A stretch of 64,000 nt of DNA, taken from positions 132,556,001 through 132,620,000 of the forward strand of contig CM097886.1 of the NCBI GenBank assembly GCA_044892525.1, written 5' to 3'. Below, piece by piece: positions 12,360 to 22,931 of the stretch (position 1 is the first letter of the stretch; every line of letters starts with the position of its first letter). Both the position numbers and the translations under genes were made by a program. Origin of the DNA: Schmidtea polychroa (taxonomy: Eukaryota). The notes beneath the pieces were generated by a model. The model did not search any database. It worked only from the letters and a program-made list of their open reading frames with translations, and was not told where the DNA came from.

Positions 12360-14880
12360 ATAATAATATTACAACATTAGGAATATATGGTCAGAGAGAG
12401 TTTAGATTTTAATTTTTAAAGTATTTTAGTTATTTATTGGATTTATTTACTGGAGGATATTTATATATTTGATTAATAATAGTAAATAATATAGATAATA
12501 GCCATAGTACACAAATAGAATAGGATAATGCTCTGAGTATATATTATATATCAATATCTGGGTTTCAAGATTGGTTTACCAAGAGACAAAGAAAATTGTA
12601 GAGGGGTGATATATAATAACCATAGAATACAAATAAATAAAAGATGCTTTGACTACAAAAAGATAAATATATAAGTATAATTAATTTTTATAAATATGTT
12701 GACGATATATGTGGTAGCTGCTATTGATTGCAGCTACGCAAGCTTTTTTGGCTAGTTCCTTTATTTCATTATTGGATAAGCCGATAATTTTAAGTATCGA
12801 GTCATTATTTTTGTCCCATGAACCAAGGGTGCCAACTACCAGGGCATGTAGAGTGTGTGGGCATTTATGGAGTCTACCTATTTCCTCTCCTAGTTCCTTA
12901 TATTTATTATAGTTATTTCTCCTAGAGTTGTCGTAGTTTTCTCTGGAGTCGAAAGGAACCTTAATGTCTAAGATATGGATAGATTTGTTACGCTTAGATT
13001 TTAGAAGAAGATCGGGCTTAAGGGTGGAATTGGTACCTTCAGGTACTTTCTCTATGTCTACTTCATAGTTAATAGATATAAAGAAGTTTGCCACAGTTTC
13101 TAGGACATTATCATGCTTATTTCGTCTTGCATTAATACGTGCTTGGCAATGATTAAAGATGTGTGCAGGTGTTTCTGGGTGGGCATGGCAGTGCCGGCAG
13201 AGTATAGATTTATTAGTCTTTAGGCGGTGTGGTGAGTAGTTCAGTTTTAGAAGGTTGTTGCGTGCGCGAATAAGAAAGAGGAATTGGGCATCAGGAAGGA
13301 TGTCACTTTTAAAGAAATAGTCGGCGATGTTGCTTTCGCTAATTGCCTTTGCCATATAGCCCTGGCATTTCATCGCACACCAACGTTCAGCATGAATAAG
13401 GCCAATAATAGAGTGTAGTTCAGCTGAGGTTCTATCCACATTACCGAGGGAGAAGTAATTGATACGACTCTTATATTTTATTTCAAGCTGTAGAAGGTCC
13501 TCAAGCATTACAATTTTGGTAGATATACCGTAGTTATGAAGCAGACGACGGGCGGATTTTTTAAATTTTGAGAAGATGGAGAAAGTTGGGTAGCTTTTAG
13601 AGAGTTGGCCATTCAGCCAGGACAGTGCCACATTTAAATCTCCTTGTCCCCTAGCCTCGATAAGTTCAGCAGTAATGAGAGTCTTAAAGTTAAGATCGCT
13701 AGAGTTTAAAGCCCTGATAAGTTGTACGATGCTTTGAATAAGGTATTCGTCAATGGATGATACAAGTCCAAGACCACCAAGCTTGCAAGCTGCATATAAG
13801 AAGTTGTCATTCAGCTGCATTATCTTATCTCCAATGGATCTTTTAATACCCTGTTTTATTTGCAGGTCGAATCCATATTGTTGTATTTCAGAGTTACGAA
13901 GGATGTTGCGCGGAGAGTCAAGGATGTTGTGGTTAATGACACAATTTCTAAAAGTAAAGTTCAAGCGGGAGTGGATGAATACTTTAAAGGCATTAATTTT
14001 TTGCGAAGGATGTAGATGAGAGTTGAGAATTTTGTTTGTGTCTATAATAGCGGAGTCTAGTCTTTCTTTGATACAGTGTTTAGTTTTATGGGAGAAGTCA
14101 ACTCCAAGATATCTGTACATATTAGAATCATCAATTTTTGGAAGGGTTTCGCCATAGAGTAGAATAGGTTGGTAGTTGCAGTCGTGATCAACATGAAAGT
14201 ATCCGGATTTCGAGGGTTTAAAGCGTAGGTTGACCTTTGTTGCAAGGGAGACAGTGAGAGATAGGGCCGACTTGATATTGGAGTAGGAATCAGATATAAG
14301 CACTATATCATCGGCATACGCAAGAATGCTAATGTTGTGATTATGAAAGAGAAACGGGTGAGTTTGTAAGACATTGCGGAGTATGAAGTCAATGGATAGA
14401 CAGAACAGAGTCATGGACAAGGGGCAGCCTTGTTTCACACCTTTATAAATTGGTGTATAATCAGATTTTTCTCCCTCACATTCAAAGTAAGTTTGTACAT
14501 TGTTGTACATGTCCTGAAGAAGAGCAATAGTGGTGTTGTGTTGCCTAGAGAAATCCATTAGTATTACTACATCTACTGATTCATGCACACATTAACCTTA
14601 GGTTTTGGCGGACTCGAATACAGTAAGTAGATTACTGCCACTATTACATACTCATAGAAGGTGAGGAAGCGAGACTACTTGTGTGATCAGACAGTGAGAT
14701 TACGTCACCCTTGAACACTACGAAGTTCTAGATTGTTCAATAGTACCCACTGAGGATTTATCCGGTAACGCACATATTCCATCAGAAATAGAATCGTTCG
14801 CCAACATACATCTACGAGGAAAATAAAACATACTGGCACACAGCTAGGTGTAGTCATGACGATATTGATAGCGCAGGATT
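12360..14880 (-). mobile_element. Extent of the RLE retrotransposon copy
   Basis: Broken RT-like frames continue upstream (CWRTIL, WVLLNNLELRSVQG, LLTVFESAK); the 3' region runs into the N-gap. Confidence 0.55.
12681..14588 (-). CDS. RT-CCHC-RLE ORF of an R2-superfamily non-LTR retrotransposon (NeSL/Utopia-like), 5'-degenerate
   Basis: RT motifs GVKQGCPLS, LAYADD, YRYLG; HPSQKINAFKVF; zinc knuckle CRHCHAHPETPAHIFNHC; RLE core KHDNV...KPDLL...ILDIKVPFD...NKYKEL. Confidence 0.9.
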   Translation of the reverse strand: MHESVDVVILMDFSRQHNTTIALLQDMYNNVQTYFECEGEKSDYTPIYKGVKQGCPLSMTLFCLSIDFILRNVLQTHPFLFHNHNISILAYADDIVLISDSYSNIKSALSLTVSLATKVNLRFKPSKSGYFHVDHDCNYQPILLYGETLPKIDDSNMYRYLGVDFSHKTKHCIKERLDSAIIDTNKILNSHLHPSQKINAFKVFIHSRLNFTFRNCVINHNILDSPRNILRNSEIQQYGFDLQIKQGIKRSIGDKIMQLNDNFLYAACKLGGLGLVSSIDEYLIQSIVQLIRALNSSDLNFKTLITAELIEARGQGDLNVALSWLNGQLSKSYPTFSIFSKFKKSARRLLHNYGISTKIVMLEDLLQLEIKYKSRINYFSLGNVDRTSAELHSIIGLIHAERWCAMKCQGYMAKAISESNIADYFFKSDILPDAQFLFLIRARNNLLKLNYSPHRLKTNKSILCRHCHAHPETPAHIFNHCQARINARRNKHDNVLETVANFFISINYEVDIEKVPEGTNSTLKPDLLLKSKRNKSIHILDIKVPFDSRENYDNSRRNNYNKYKELGEEIGRLHKCPHTLHALVVGTLGSWDKNNDSILKIIGLSNNEIKELAKKACVAAINSSYHIYRQHIYKN

Positions 14881-16192
14881 TGGATAGTTATACTGCAATT
14901 TATAATAATATATTAAACCAATATATTTTTCGATTTTCTTTCTTTTTTATAGATCTGTTCAGACTCAATACAGCGCAAATAGATACCGACAACGTCGAAC
15001 TATTGTCCCGTAGCCCGCGCTCACGTGACTCAACAAAACATAATAATAAACTATAACCATCATCTCATGGGAAATACAGTAGAGAGGATAGAATTTTTAG
15101 AAATGAAGGAGTAAGCGTGTATTAGATGGGGATTTGCCAGTCGAATAATGGACCTAAAGTTGAGTTTATGTTAAACAAAATAATTATTATGAGTGTTTCC
15201 GATTTTTTTTTCTTTCTTCCTAATTTGCATGGATGGAGAGGATCAATTTGAATGCTTGTGAGTGAACGGGTATGGATGGAAACAAAGGGTATAAATGTGT
15301 TGGGCTAAATTTTGAAGTGGAGAAAACTGGATCAAATAGAGAAGCGAACCTCGAAAAAATAAACGAAATACGATAAAAAATAAATTACCATCAAATCTCA
15401 GTAGTAAATAGGGAGAAACAATAAAATACCAATAAAAGAAATAGGAATAAGTAACCAAAATGAATAAAACCCCTAAGATTTGGAAATAAGACAAAAGGGA
15501 AATGATTTAAAGCACACAGCGGATAAAGTAGAAATAGAATAAGCAAAAAAGTGAGAAAAATAAACGAGATATTAAAGAAATAAATAAAAATAAAACCATC
15601 CTTAAGTCTAATTAAAACAAAAAATTATATTACAATAAAGTAGCAATAAATCCGCAGAAAAAATAGGAGAAAAAATAACAAAAATAAGAAAATGAATAAA
15701 ATAATAATAAGAAATAAGTTAAGTCATTAATTATAATAAAAACATAAAAATAATAATAAATAACGAAATTACAAACAAGTCGTGTCCTGATTGGACGAAA
15801 AATAATATATAAGGAACGGAAAATATCTGTAGAGTACCACTTTTAAAAAATACTCTACAGGTAAAATTTTGTTTGTTATTGCACTACTTTTAAAAAATAC
15901 TCTACAGATTTTACAGACTTCGGAATATTTAACTAGATCATCCTACAGCGAACTATTTCAGAGACTACGAAACCAAATCTAGGAAGGAATATATAGTAAT
16001 CAAACGACAAGTCTATTCAGGACAACTTCCAAATTCAATCGATTTAATCCAGTTTTCGAAACCCGAGGTATGTCTCAGCAGTTGGTTTATGTATGGTTGT
16101 TAGTTTAATTTAGTTAATTTTTGTAAATATAATTAAAAAACAATTTCATGCAATAAATTTATTTAAATGAAAAACAGTCTTTCTTCATGGTG

Positions 16193-16428
16193 CCGGCGAC
16201 TGTACCATCTGGGAGCTTCAGGTATGATGTGGACGAGCAAGAGGTATGTCACGGTGGAGAGCACGGCCACGAGGAATTTTCATAATATGCATCCAGAAGA
16301 TGTTGCAAAATTTAGATACTTAGAGAAAACGATAATAGTTTATGAGGTGTTCACCAACGTTGCGATCAAACGTGCGATTGTATGGAAGAGAGACATCATA
16401 CTTGGAGCCCAAATGATATGGTCGCCGG
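16193..16428 (+). other. Long stem-loop, homolog of 10196-10396
   Basis: Arms 16193-16230 / 16393-16428 give about 34 bp (ccggcgac/gtcgccgg, ggtatgatgt/acatcatact). Confidence 0.75.
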
Positions 16429-16527
16429 GTAAATTTTATTTATTCATTTACCCATCATTCATTTTTGATCATTATATAAATTTTGCACAAATTGTTGATC
16501 TAACTGAATGGAAAAGAGTTGATTGGT

Positions 16528-16589
16528 CCCTCATGACGGTGCAAGAGCGGCGGCAGAAATGAATGCCATTCTTGGGTGTGTCATGAGGG
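16528..16589 (+). other. 62-nt hairpin, homolog of 10527-10588
   Basis: ccctcatgac/gtcatgaggg, a compensatory C-G to A-T change relative to copy A. Confidence 0.75.
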
Positions 16590-17929
16590 GTGAAGAAACT
16601 CAGGAGGTCGAAATCCAGTTGAGAAGTGAAATTTCCTTCATCGAGTGCGATCGTTTATGGAGCATCCCATCGTTTCATTCAGTCACACTGAGATCTCTAA
16701 CAGTTGTAAAGAGGATTTAAATTTCAAAGGAGGATAATTCAGATTGAGATTGATATCGATGTTCATACTGATTTGATAAGAATCCACATAAATAGAAGAA
16801 ATTTTTATTATACTCAGCCTGTCAGTCAACGTAGTTAGGAAGAGCACTTGTCGACCATAGTTTGCAAGAAAATCCAACAATTTTTCTGTAAGGTATTGCA
16901 TTCTCGAGGATTCTATCTGATTTGTGTCGCCAGGACGCTAGCGTCTACATCCATCGTCGATGTACGCTTAAAATTGAACTGTTGTCCTTGAATTGCCGAT
17001 ATCAGTGATAAGTAATTTCTCTCTGACGGGGAAGTAAACATCTCGCAACAAAATTATCAAAATACTCACTTTAAGCTCGAAGGAGATAGTTGCCAACGAT
17101 AACAAAATTCGTCGAATTATCTTAGCCAGCTTGGAGTTAGCCGACGTGGATAGCTGATAATGTCTTGGAAGGGGAGATAGTGTATCGGTTTTCTGGTAAG
17201 AATTGTCGATCGAATGAGTCGATAATCGTTGCCCTAAATCAACATCGTAAAAATGAGTTGGATAATAGAATCAAGCTTACGCAGTAACTTCACTGATTTG
17301 TCGCCTATTCATGATGCTTAATCTGATTCTCCCGATCTGTCTACGGCTGCTGCTTAGTTAAGGAAACTATTATGCAATCCATATTATTCTGACTTAGGAA
17401 TGCACATACACACGTACACACCCGTCAATTCTGCACAAGGCAGCATAAAGATAAATCTACGATTAGGGCAGAAAATATTTTGGTGATGTAATGATTGTGT
17501 GATAGCATGAATTGTCACAAGACAGTGAGACGGTAGGCAGGAGTAAGGGAATGGATTTCCTCAACTCAACTTGACATTTAAGAACCTCTCCTAATCGTAC
17601 AAACAATTGTTCGATGTAATAGCCAATACAAAACTGCAGATGCAGCCAGGAGTATCCGCACACCTAAATGTCCATTCATAATGCATGACTACAGGTAAAC
17701 GTCTCCATGACGACGATTACGACACATTATTTAAATTAATTAGATTTTAATTTAGAGCTTAATTTTAACTAATTTTTGATTATTTTTATAATTTTGAGTG
17801 AGTAAAAAACATAAGTAACTATCAGCCGCCGCGAATTAATTTTCTATAATTTTATGTACGCCTACATCGACAGAAGACTGCAACGAGATCGGAAAAATTT
17901 TAATAATAAAGACATAATAAGGGGAACCA

Positions 17930-18130
17930 GGTTGAAGGGAATAGAGGAAAGAACGAGTTTTTTATGGAGATTGTCCAATCCGAAAGTAAATCCTAGGGGT
18001 GAGGCTTAGATAGAGAGAATTATTTGCGTGAATCACCCGTTTTCTTTTCTTAATTTACATGGGTTGGGTGAAGTAATTTGAATGCTTACAACTAAACGAC
18101 TGTGAATAGGGATGGATGATGAGATCTGTG
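17930..18130. repeat. Third partial fragment of family 2
   Basis: ttcttttcttaatttacatgggttgggtgaagtaatttgaatgctt (about 18040-18090) matches ctttcttcctaatttgcatggatggagaggatcaatttgaatgctt (about 15210-15260). Confidence 0.5.
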
Positions 18131-18241
18131 GGCTATCGCTGTATGGAATGTTTGATGAAACTACGAACCCATGTCCCAAAAAATTGACTATATCATACTA
18201 ATAAATGTTTCGAATAAACATAAAAATGATTGACTTTCTAG

Positions 18242-18991
18242 ATGACTACACCGTCCAACAATGCCAAAGAACTTCGCCCGTGTTTTTCTTGCGCTGACAA
18301 GAACGCGGATATCGCCCAACTTCACTTGTATATCGGGGCCCTCAAGAAGCGGATAGACCTCTATGAAGGGACGTGGTTCTCCCCGCTACAGATGAAGGAG
18401 GAGCGAAGTAAGATCCTCAGATTAGAGCACTGTAGAGACAGCCTCCTGGAGGAGAGCCGCTGCCAAAGACTCACAATAAAGGCCCAGTCCGAAGCCCTCC
18501 ACAAGGTCTATACGGAGGCAGAACTAGCCAAACGGGTGCGCGAATTTCCCGTCTTGGATGGAACAAACGTTTTCCCTCTCCACCACCAGTCCTCTACATC
18601 TTCCACCTCAAATTGCCAGGGGCATGGCTCACATCTGCCGCCCATCCCAGGCCCAGTACTGTCGGGTTATCGACTAATGGCAGGCGGTTCTTCTGACCCA
18701 ATTCTTGTGGCACCTACCGCCACTACGGCTGTAGGGGATAATCTGCCGCCCCGCAAACGCAAGCGACCAACCAGAGCTGAGAAGAATCAAAAACGCAGAG
18801 ATGCAATGGCAGCACTCGAGGCGTCATTATCTGCGGCGCAGTCGAAAATAACAGAAATATCGTCCACCCATTCAATCCCCACGAAAGAAGTTTTTCGCAT
18901 TGTCCCGGCCGAAGGTATCAAATTTATATCGGACTGTCGGCTACCTGTCGATATCGATGCGATGATTTCCGAAGGAGAAAGTTTCGCGTAA
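18242..18991 (+). CDS. Novel 249-aa protein (CxxC, coiled coil, EGTWFSP, basic NLS-like PPRKRKRP)
   Basis: Intact ATG-TAA ORF, GC-richer than host DNA; the tandem paralog differs mainly at synonymous sites. Confidence 0.85.
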   Translation: MTTPSNNAKELRPCFSCADKNADIAQLHLYIGALKKRIDLYEGTWFSPLQMKEERSKILRLEHCRDSLLEESRCQRLTIKAQSEALHKVYTEAELAKRVREFPVLDGTNVFPLHHQSSTSSTSNCQGHGSHLPPIPGPVLSGYRLMAGGSSDPILVAPTATTAVGDNLPPRKRKRPTRAEKNQKRRDAMAALEASLSAAQSKITEISSTHSIPTKEVFRIVPAEGIKFISDCRLPVDIDAMISEGESFA

Positions 18992-19164
18992 TCCAGCTTA
19001 CGGTCGATCTCGATTCTTTCTTTCGAATTGTAAATTGATTTTCGATGTCGAAAAACTGACAGCCTTGTGTATTTGCAACTGATGTAGATTCTGTTAATTT
19101 AGTAATAGTTGTGTGTAATTTTGTTATGGCTTTAATATATTTTGTTTAATTCCGTTGTAGTAAC

Positions 19165-19525
19165 TCTTCAAAACGCATGATTGTGTAATCTGAGTGACTA
19201 GGAGGATGATGTGGAATGAAAGTAATTAGGGTGAAGGTCGTTCCCTTGGACCAGGATCGGACCGAGATATATGTATGAATGTGGGTAAGTCCTTCTAAGG
19301 CACCGTGGAACCCGAACCGCGAGTGGGTTAGCAGTAGTCCTAAGGCAGGGGCTCACCTGTTAACCAACTCCAACCCGTGTGGGCAGCACCAACGTGGAAC
19401 ATCGCCACGGGCTCACATGAGGGAATATTCATGAAGTCATTTGGAGTATGATCGGGGAAAAGGCCGAGTCGAATGCACGTAATCATAATTCTGGTAACAA
19501 ATATTGTTTTCTCCCCTCATACTCC
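19165..19525. other. Conserved non-coding module 1 downstream of the EGTWFSP ORF
   Basis: Aligns with 20550-20938; 32-nt identical core gtagtcctaaggcaggggctcacctgttaacc (19334-19365); shared hairpins. Confidence 0.75.
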
Positions 19526-19643
19526 AACAATTGTCTGTAAGTGGAATGAGTAGGGGTAATGCCGGACCCGTAAATTTTTATTGTTTTTATAAATCTCGCG
19601 TAAACAGTTTCACGAATTTGGATAAATACTTCTTGATCTTCAG

Positions 19644-20406
19644 ATATCTGCAAAATCCAATACCAATCAAGAGCATCGTCCGTGTTTTTCTTGCGCAGAC
19701 AAGAATGCGGATATCGCCCAACTACATCTATACATCGGGGCACTCAAGAAGCGGATAGATGTATATGAAGGTACGTGGTTCTCCCCGCCACAGATGAAAG
19801 AAGAACGAAGTAAGATCCTGAGACTGGAGCATTGTCGCGACAGCCTTCTGGAGGAGAGCCGTTGCCAGAGGCTGACAATAAAAGCCCAGTCGGAAGCCCT
19901 CCATAAGGTTTATACGGAGGCCGAGCTAGCCAAACGGGTACGAGAATTCCCCGTCCAGGATGGGGCGAACGTTTTCTCCCTTCATCATGGGCCATCTGAA
20001 TCTTCCACTTCAAGCTGTCAGGGGCATGGTCCCCATCTGCCGCCCATTCCGGCCCCAATACTATCGGCTTATCGGCCAATCGACCCTCTGATCCGATCCT
20101 GGCCCCAATCCTCGTGACCCCCGTTGAAAACCCTTCAACAGGAAACATTCAGCCACCTCGTAAGCGGAAGCGGCCAACCCGATCAGCGAAAAATCAAAAA
20201 CGCAGGGACGCAATGGCCGCCCTCGAAGCGTCATTGTCAGTGGCGCAATCAAAATCAACGAGATATCTTCCACGCATTCAATTCCCACCAAGGAGATCCT
20301 CAAAATAATTCCGGCAGAAGGAATTAAATACGTTTCTGATCATTACCTACCTGTCGACATCGACGAGATGATTGCCGAAGGCGATGGCTTTAGTGAGCAA
20401 CTGTGA
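19644..20406 (+). pseudogene. Tandem paralog of 18242-18991 with lost start and two frameshifts
   Basis: ATA (19644) sits at the ATG position; frameshifts near 20075 and 20250; restored C-terminus EISSTHSIPTKEILKIIPAEGIKYVSDHYLPVDIDEMIAEG matches the intact copy. Confidence 0.85.
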
Positions 20407-20549
20407 TCGGTCCCGATCTTCTCTCGTGAACTGACATTGTAAAAGCTGATGGTGTTGTATATAAATATTGAAGGAATCGATGTGTTGATGTTGTAAATGA
20501 TCCCTCGTAATAAATTAATTTTCAATACAAATTTTTGACTTCTTTTGGT

Positions 20550-20938
20550 TATTCTCAACGTGCATGATTCGTAATCTGTTTGAATGCAAGCGTGTTGTAG
20601 AATGATGGTGATTAGGTTTACGGTCGTCCTTTTGGACCAGGGGCGGACTGAGTTACACGTATAGAAGTGGGTAAGACCTTCTAAGGTAAAACCTTCTAAG
20701 ACCTTCTAAGACACCGTGGAACCCGAACCGAGAAGTGGTTAGGAGTAGTCCTAAGGCAGGGGCTCACCTGTTAACCTCTTCCAACCCGTGTGGGCAGTAC
20801 CAACGTGGAACATCACCACGGGCCCATACGTGGGAATATTAGTAAGATCATTTGGAGTATGTCAGGGAAGGGCCTGAGCGGAACGACGATGATTTGTATG
20901 TTTGGTAACAATGTTAATCTTTTTCCCCCGCATACACC
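20550..20938. other. Conserved non-coding module 2
   Basis: Core at 20745-20776; extra local duplication of accttctaag. Confidence 0.75.
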
Positions 20939-21878
20939 ATTAATATAAAATATAAAAGCATTACCAAAAGAAAATACTAAACTTTATTCTTAACGAAATG
21001 TAAATGTGTATTTGATATAAACTATAAAGCAAAAGTACCAGCAAAGAGTCGTATGACAATCCCTCAAAAGTCAAAATCGGCCATTCCCACCAAACGTACC
21101 TGAAATTGAAAATTTATTGTTAATAAATAAATTACTTCCAAGCTAGCCAAAGAAGATTACACCACTCACGACGCGCACAACCGAGGGAGAAGTAAGTAAA
21201 ACGAGAAACTAAGCTCGTCACTAATACTTATTGCCCCAGTGTACCCGAATTTAGTGGTAAATTACCAAAATGGTCTGATTTCATAAATTCGTAGAAAAAT
21301 TAATGTATTAAATTTTGAATTACCATCTAGTGGTAAACAAGATTCTGAAAATTTAAATGATTAAATTAAACAAAGTTAATTGTTAATCAATTTTAGGGTA
21401 TATTTAGTTAAAGTGTAAGATTTACTAGAAATTTACTCAGGACTATGGAATTTCTCTTTAATTAAAAATTAATTTCGGAAATACAGGTTGTAATTGCAGT
21501 CGTTTCTCTAGTCATACAACTTCATTAAATTTTTTAACTAAGTTACAACTATCGAAAATGATTAACTTTGAATGCAAGGTTTTAATTATGAACTCCGTTG
21601 TCCGAGGCCCTTCTTCCGTACGACCTGATCATTATTTTGTAGATTTCTTAATTAAAATATTTTTCAAATTATGTAAATTTCATTTTATAATTAAAAATTC
21701 TGGCAACTACCCACTATTTCCGTCCATCTACCTATGTCCTCGTTGAGTATTTAGAACACTTAGGGGGAGTGATGGCAGAATGAGTTAGTAGGTTTGGGAA
21801 GTAGTCAGTGAAATTCTTGTGCTAAAAGACTCATATCAGTCTTTGTAAGGTGTCCTGATTTCGATTTGTATTGTAGAA

Positions 21879-22235
21879 ATGTCACACTCTGGCGATTATA
21901 GCGATGATGAAGCCTACAGACAAATGATTACGCGGCTCCGGACCCGGTACCCGATTCATGATTGGAATCGGGGGCTGGACTTGGTTAATTACGGCCCGGT
22001 TATCCGGAGTGGCCCAGAGCCCGACGCTCCGGCGTGGGTGAAGAAGGAGCCCACTAACGACTTGTTACGAGAGGCCCGCGATTGAGTGGTTATCGAAGTG
22101 GAGGCTGCCCAAATGCGGCTGAAGAAAATCGAGCTCCAGCTCCGGGCCGAAAAGGAAGGAGTGCCGCTAGAAGAGCTGGAGGATGTAGAAGCGCCCCCAC
22201 GGAAGCGAGGGAGGCCCCGTAAGAACCCAGCATAA
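21879..22235 (+). CDS. GC-rich ORF ending in an AT-hook (RKRGRPRK), with one internal TGA at 22083
   Basis: MSHSGDYSDD...LLREARD*VVIEVEAAQMRLKKIELQLRAEKEGVPLEELEDVEAPPRKRGRPRKNPA; the frame stays open after the TGA. Confidence 0.6.
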
Positions 22236-22493
22236 TCCATCGACAATTTTCCTGCATTTATGACTTGAATTGAACATTTGACTTGTTTAATTGGTGATAC
22301 TTTCTTTGATTTGGTTGTAGTTCGTGTAATAAATTATTTCTTTGTCAAATTATTGGCTTTATAGATTATGGTGTATTCTTGTGATTTAGGAGACCTTTTT
22401 TTAACATCCAACTAATAATTTACGATGAAATTAAACGAATCACCTTTATGTACATGGAAGTGAGTCATAGAATTTGATTGTTGTCTTCATTCA

Positions 22494-22931
22494 GTGTTCA
22501 AATTACTCGAAAATTTACGCAAGGACCGTGAGCAGGCCCAACAACAAGCCGAAGACCTCCGAGGCCGAGTCGAGAAATTCAAAGTGAGGTGCCGAGAACT
22601 CGAGGGCACTTGGTTCAGTCCGGCCGAGATGAAAAAACGAACGACACACATCTTGCAACTCCAGACCCAGGCGGAGCAGGATCAACTGGAAATACGGGCA
22701 CTGAAGTTACAAGTGCGCACGCTCGAGAGCAAACTGAACGAAAGGTTCATTCAGGACACTCTCCGAGAGCAGATTCGCCCGTTACCCGTGGAGCTGGCCA
22801 AGATATACCCACCGGCCCAGGCAAGCAAGCCGAAATGCAAACGGCTAGGGCGGAATACCCGAGAAAAATTGAAAAGGGCCTGGCTGGCCGAACAGGAAAA
22901 GCTGAGAGTCCGAGGCCGCCCACGATCCTGA
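22494..22931 (+). CDS. Diverged EGTWFSP-family coiled-coil protein (probably a 3' exon)
   Basis: CRELEGTWFSPAEMK matches IDLYEGTWFSPLQMK; heptad pattern; starts at a ttcattcAG acceptor with no ATG; ends RGRPRS. Confidence 0.7.
   Translation: MFKLLENLRKDREQAQQQAEDLRGRVEKFKVRCRELEGTWFSPAEMKKRTTHILQLQTQAEQDQLEIRALKLQVRTLESKLNERFIQDTLREQIRPLPVELAKIYPPAQASKPKCKRLGRNTREKLKRAWLAEQEKLRVRGRPRS

Larger units (their letters stand above)
15060..17700. mobile_element. Unclassified repeat family 2, copy B
   Basis: Homologous to copy A; minus-strand peptide TLQIFSVPYILFFVQSGHDL vs TLQIFHIPFILFFVQSGRDL; same three hairpins. Boundaries approximate. Confidence 0.6.

Noticed and set aside
19190-19340. Group I intron P7 (GACTA/TAGTC)
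   Set aside because: GACTA is absent from the second copy.
19225-19440. HDV-like or pistol ribozyme in the conserved module
   Set aside because: Candidate P3/L3 folds lacked a P1 partner or P1.1 GG; the cgtgg/ccacg stem lacks the pistol UAAAU and pseudoknot.
19448-19470. U2 snRNA 5' end on minus (ctcggcctttt)
   Set aside because: Only an 11-nt match, not conserved in copy 2, no branch-site or Sm region.
18242-20938. Deltavirus- or Obelisk-like endogenised circle (coiled-coil + NLS protein, poly(A) signal, then structured RNA, ~1.4-kb unit)
   Set aside because: No rod-like self-complementarity between coding and non-coding halves, no complete ribozyme core, and only generic protein resemblance.
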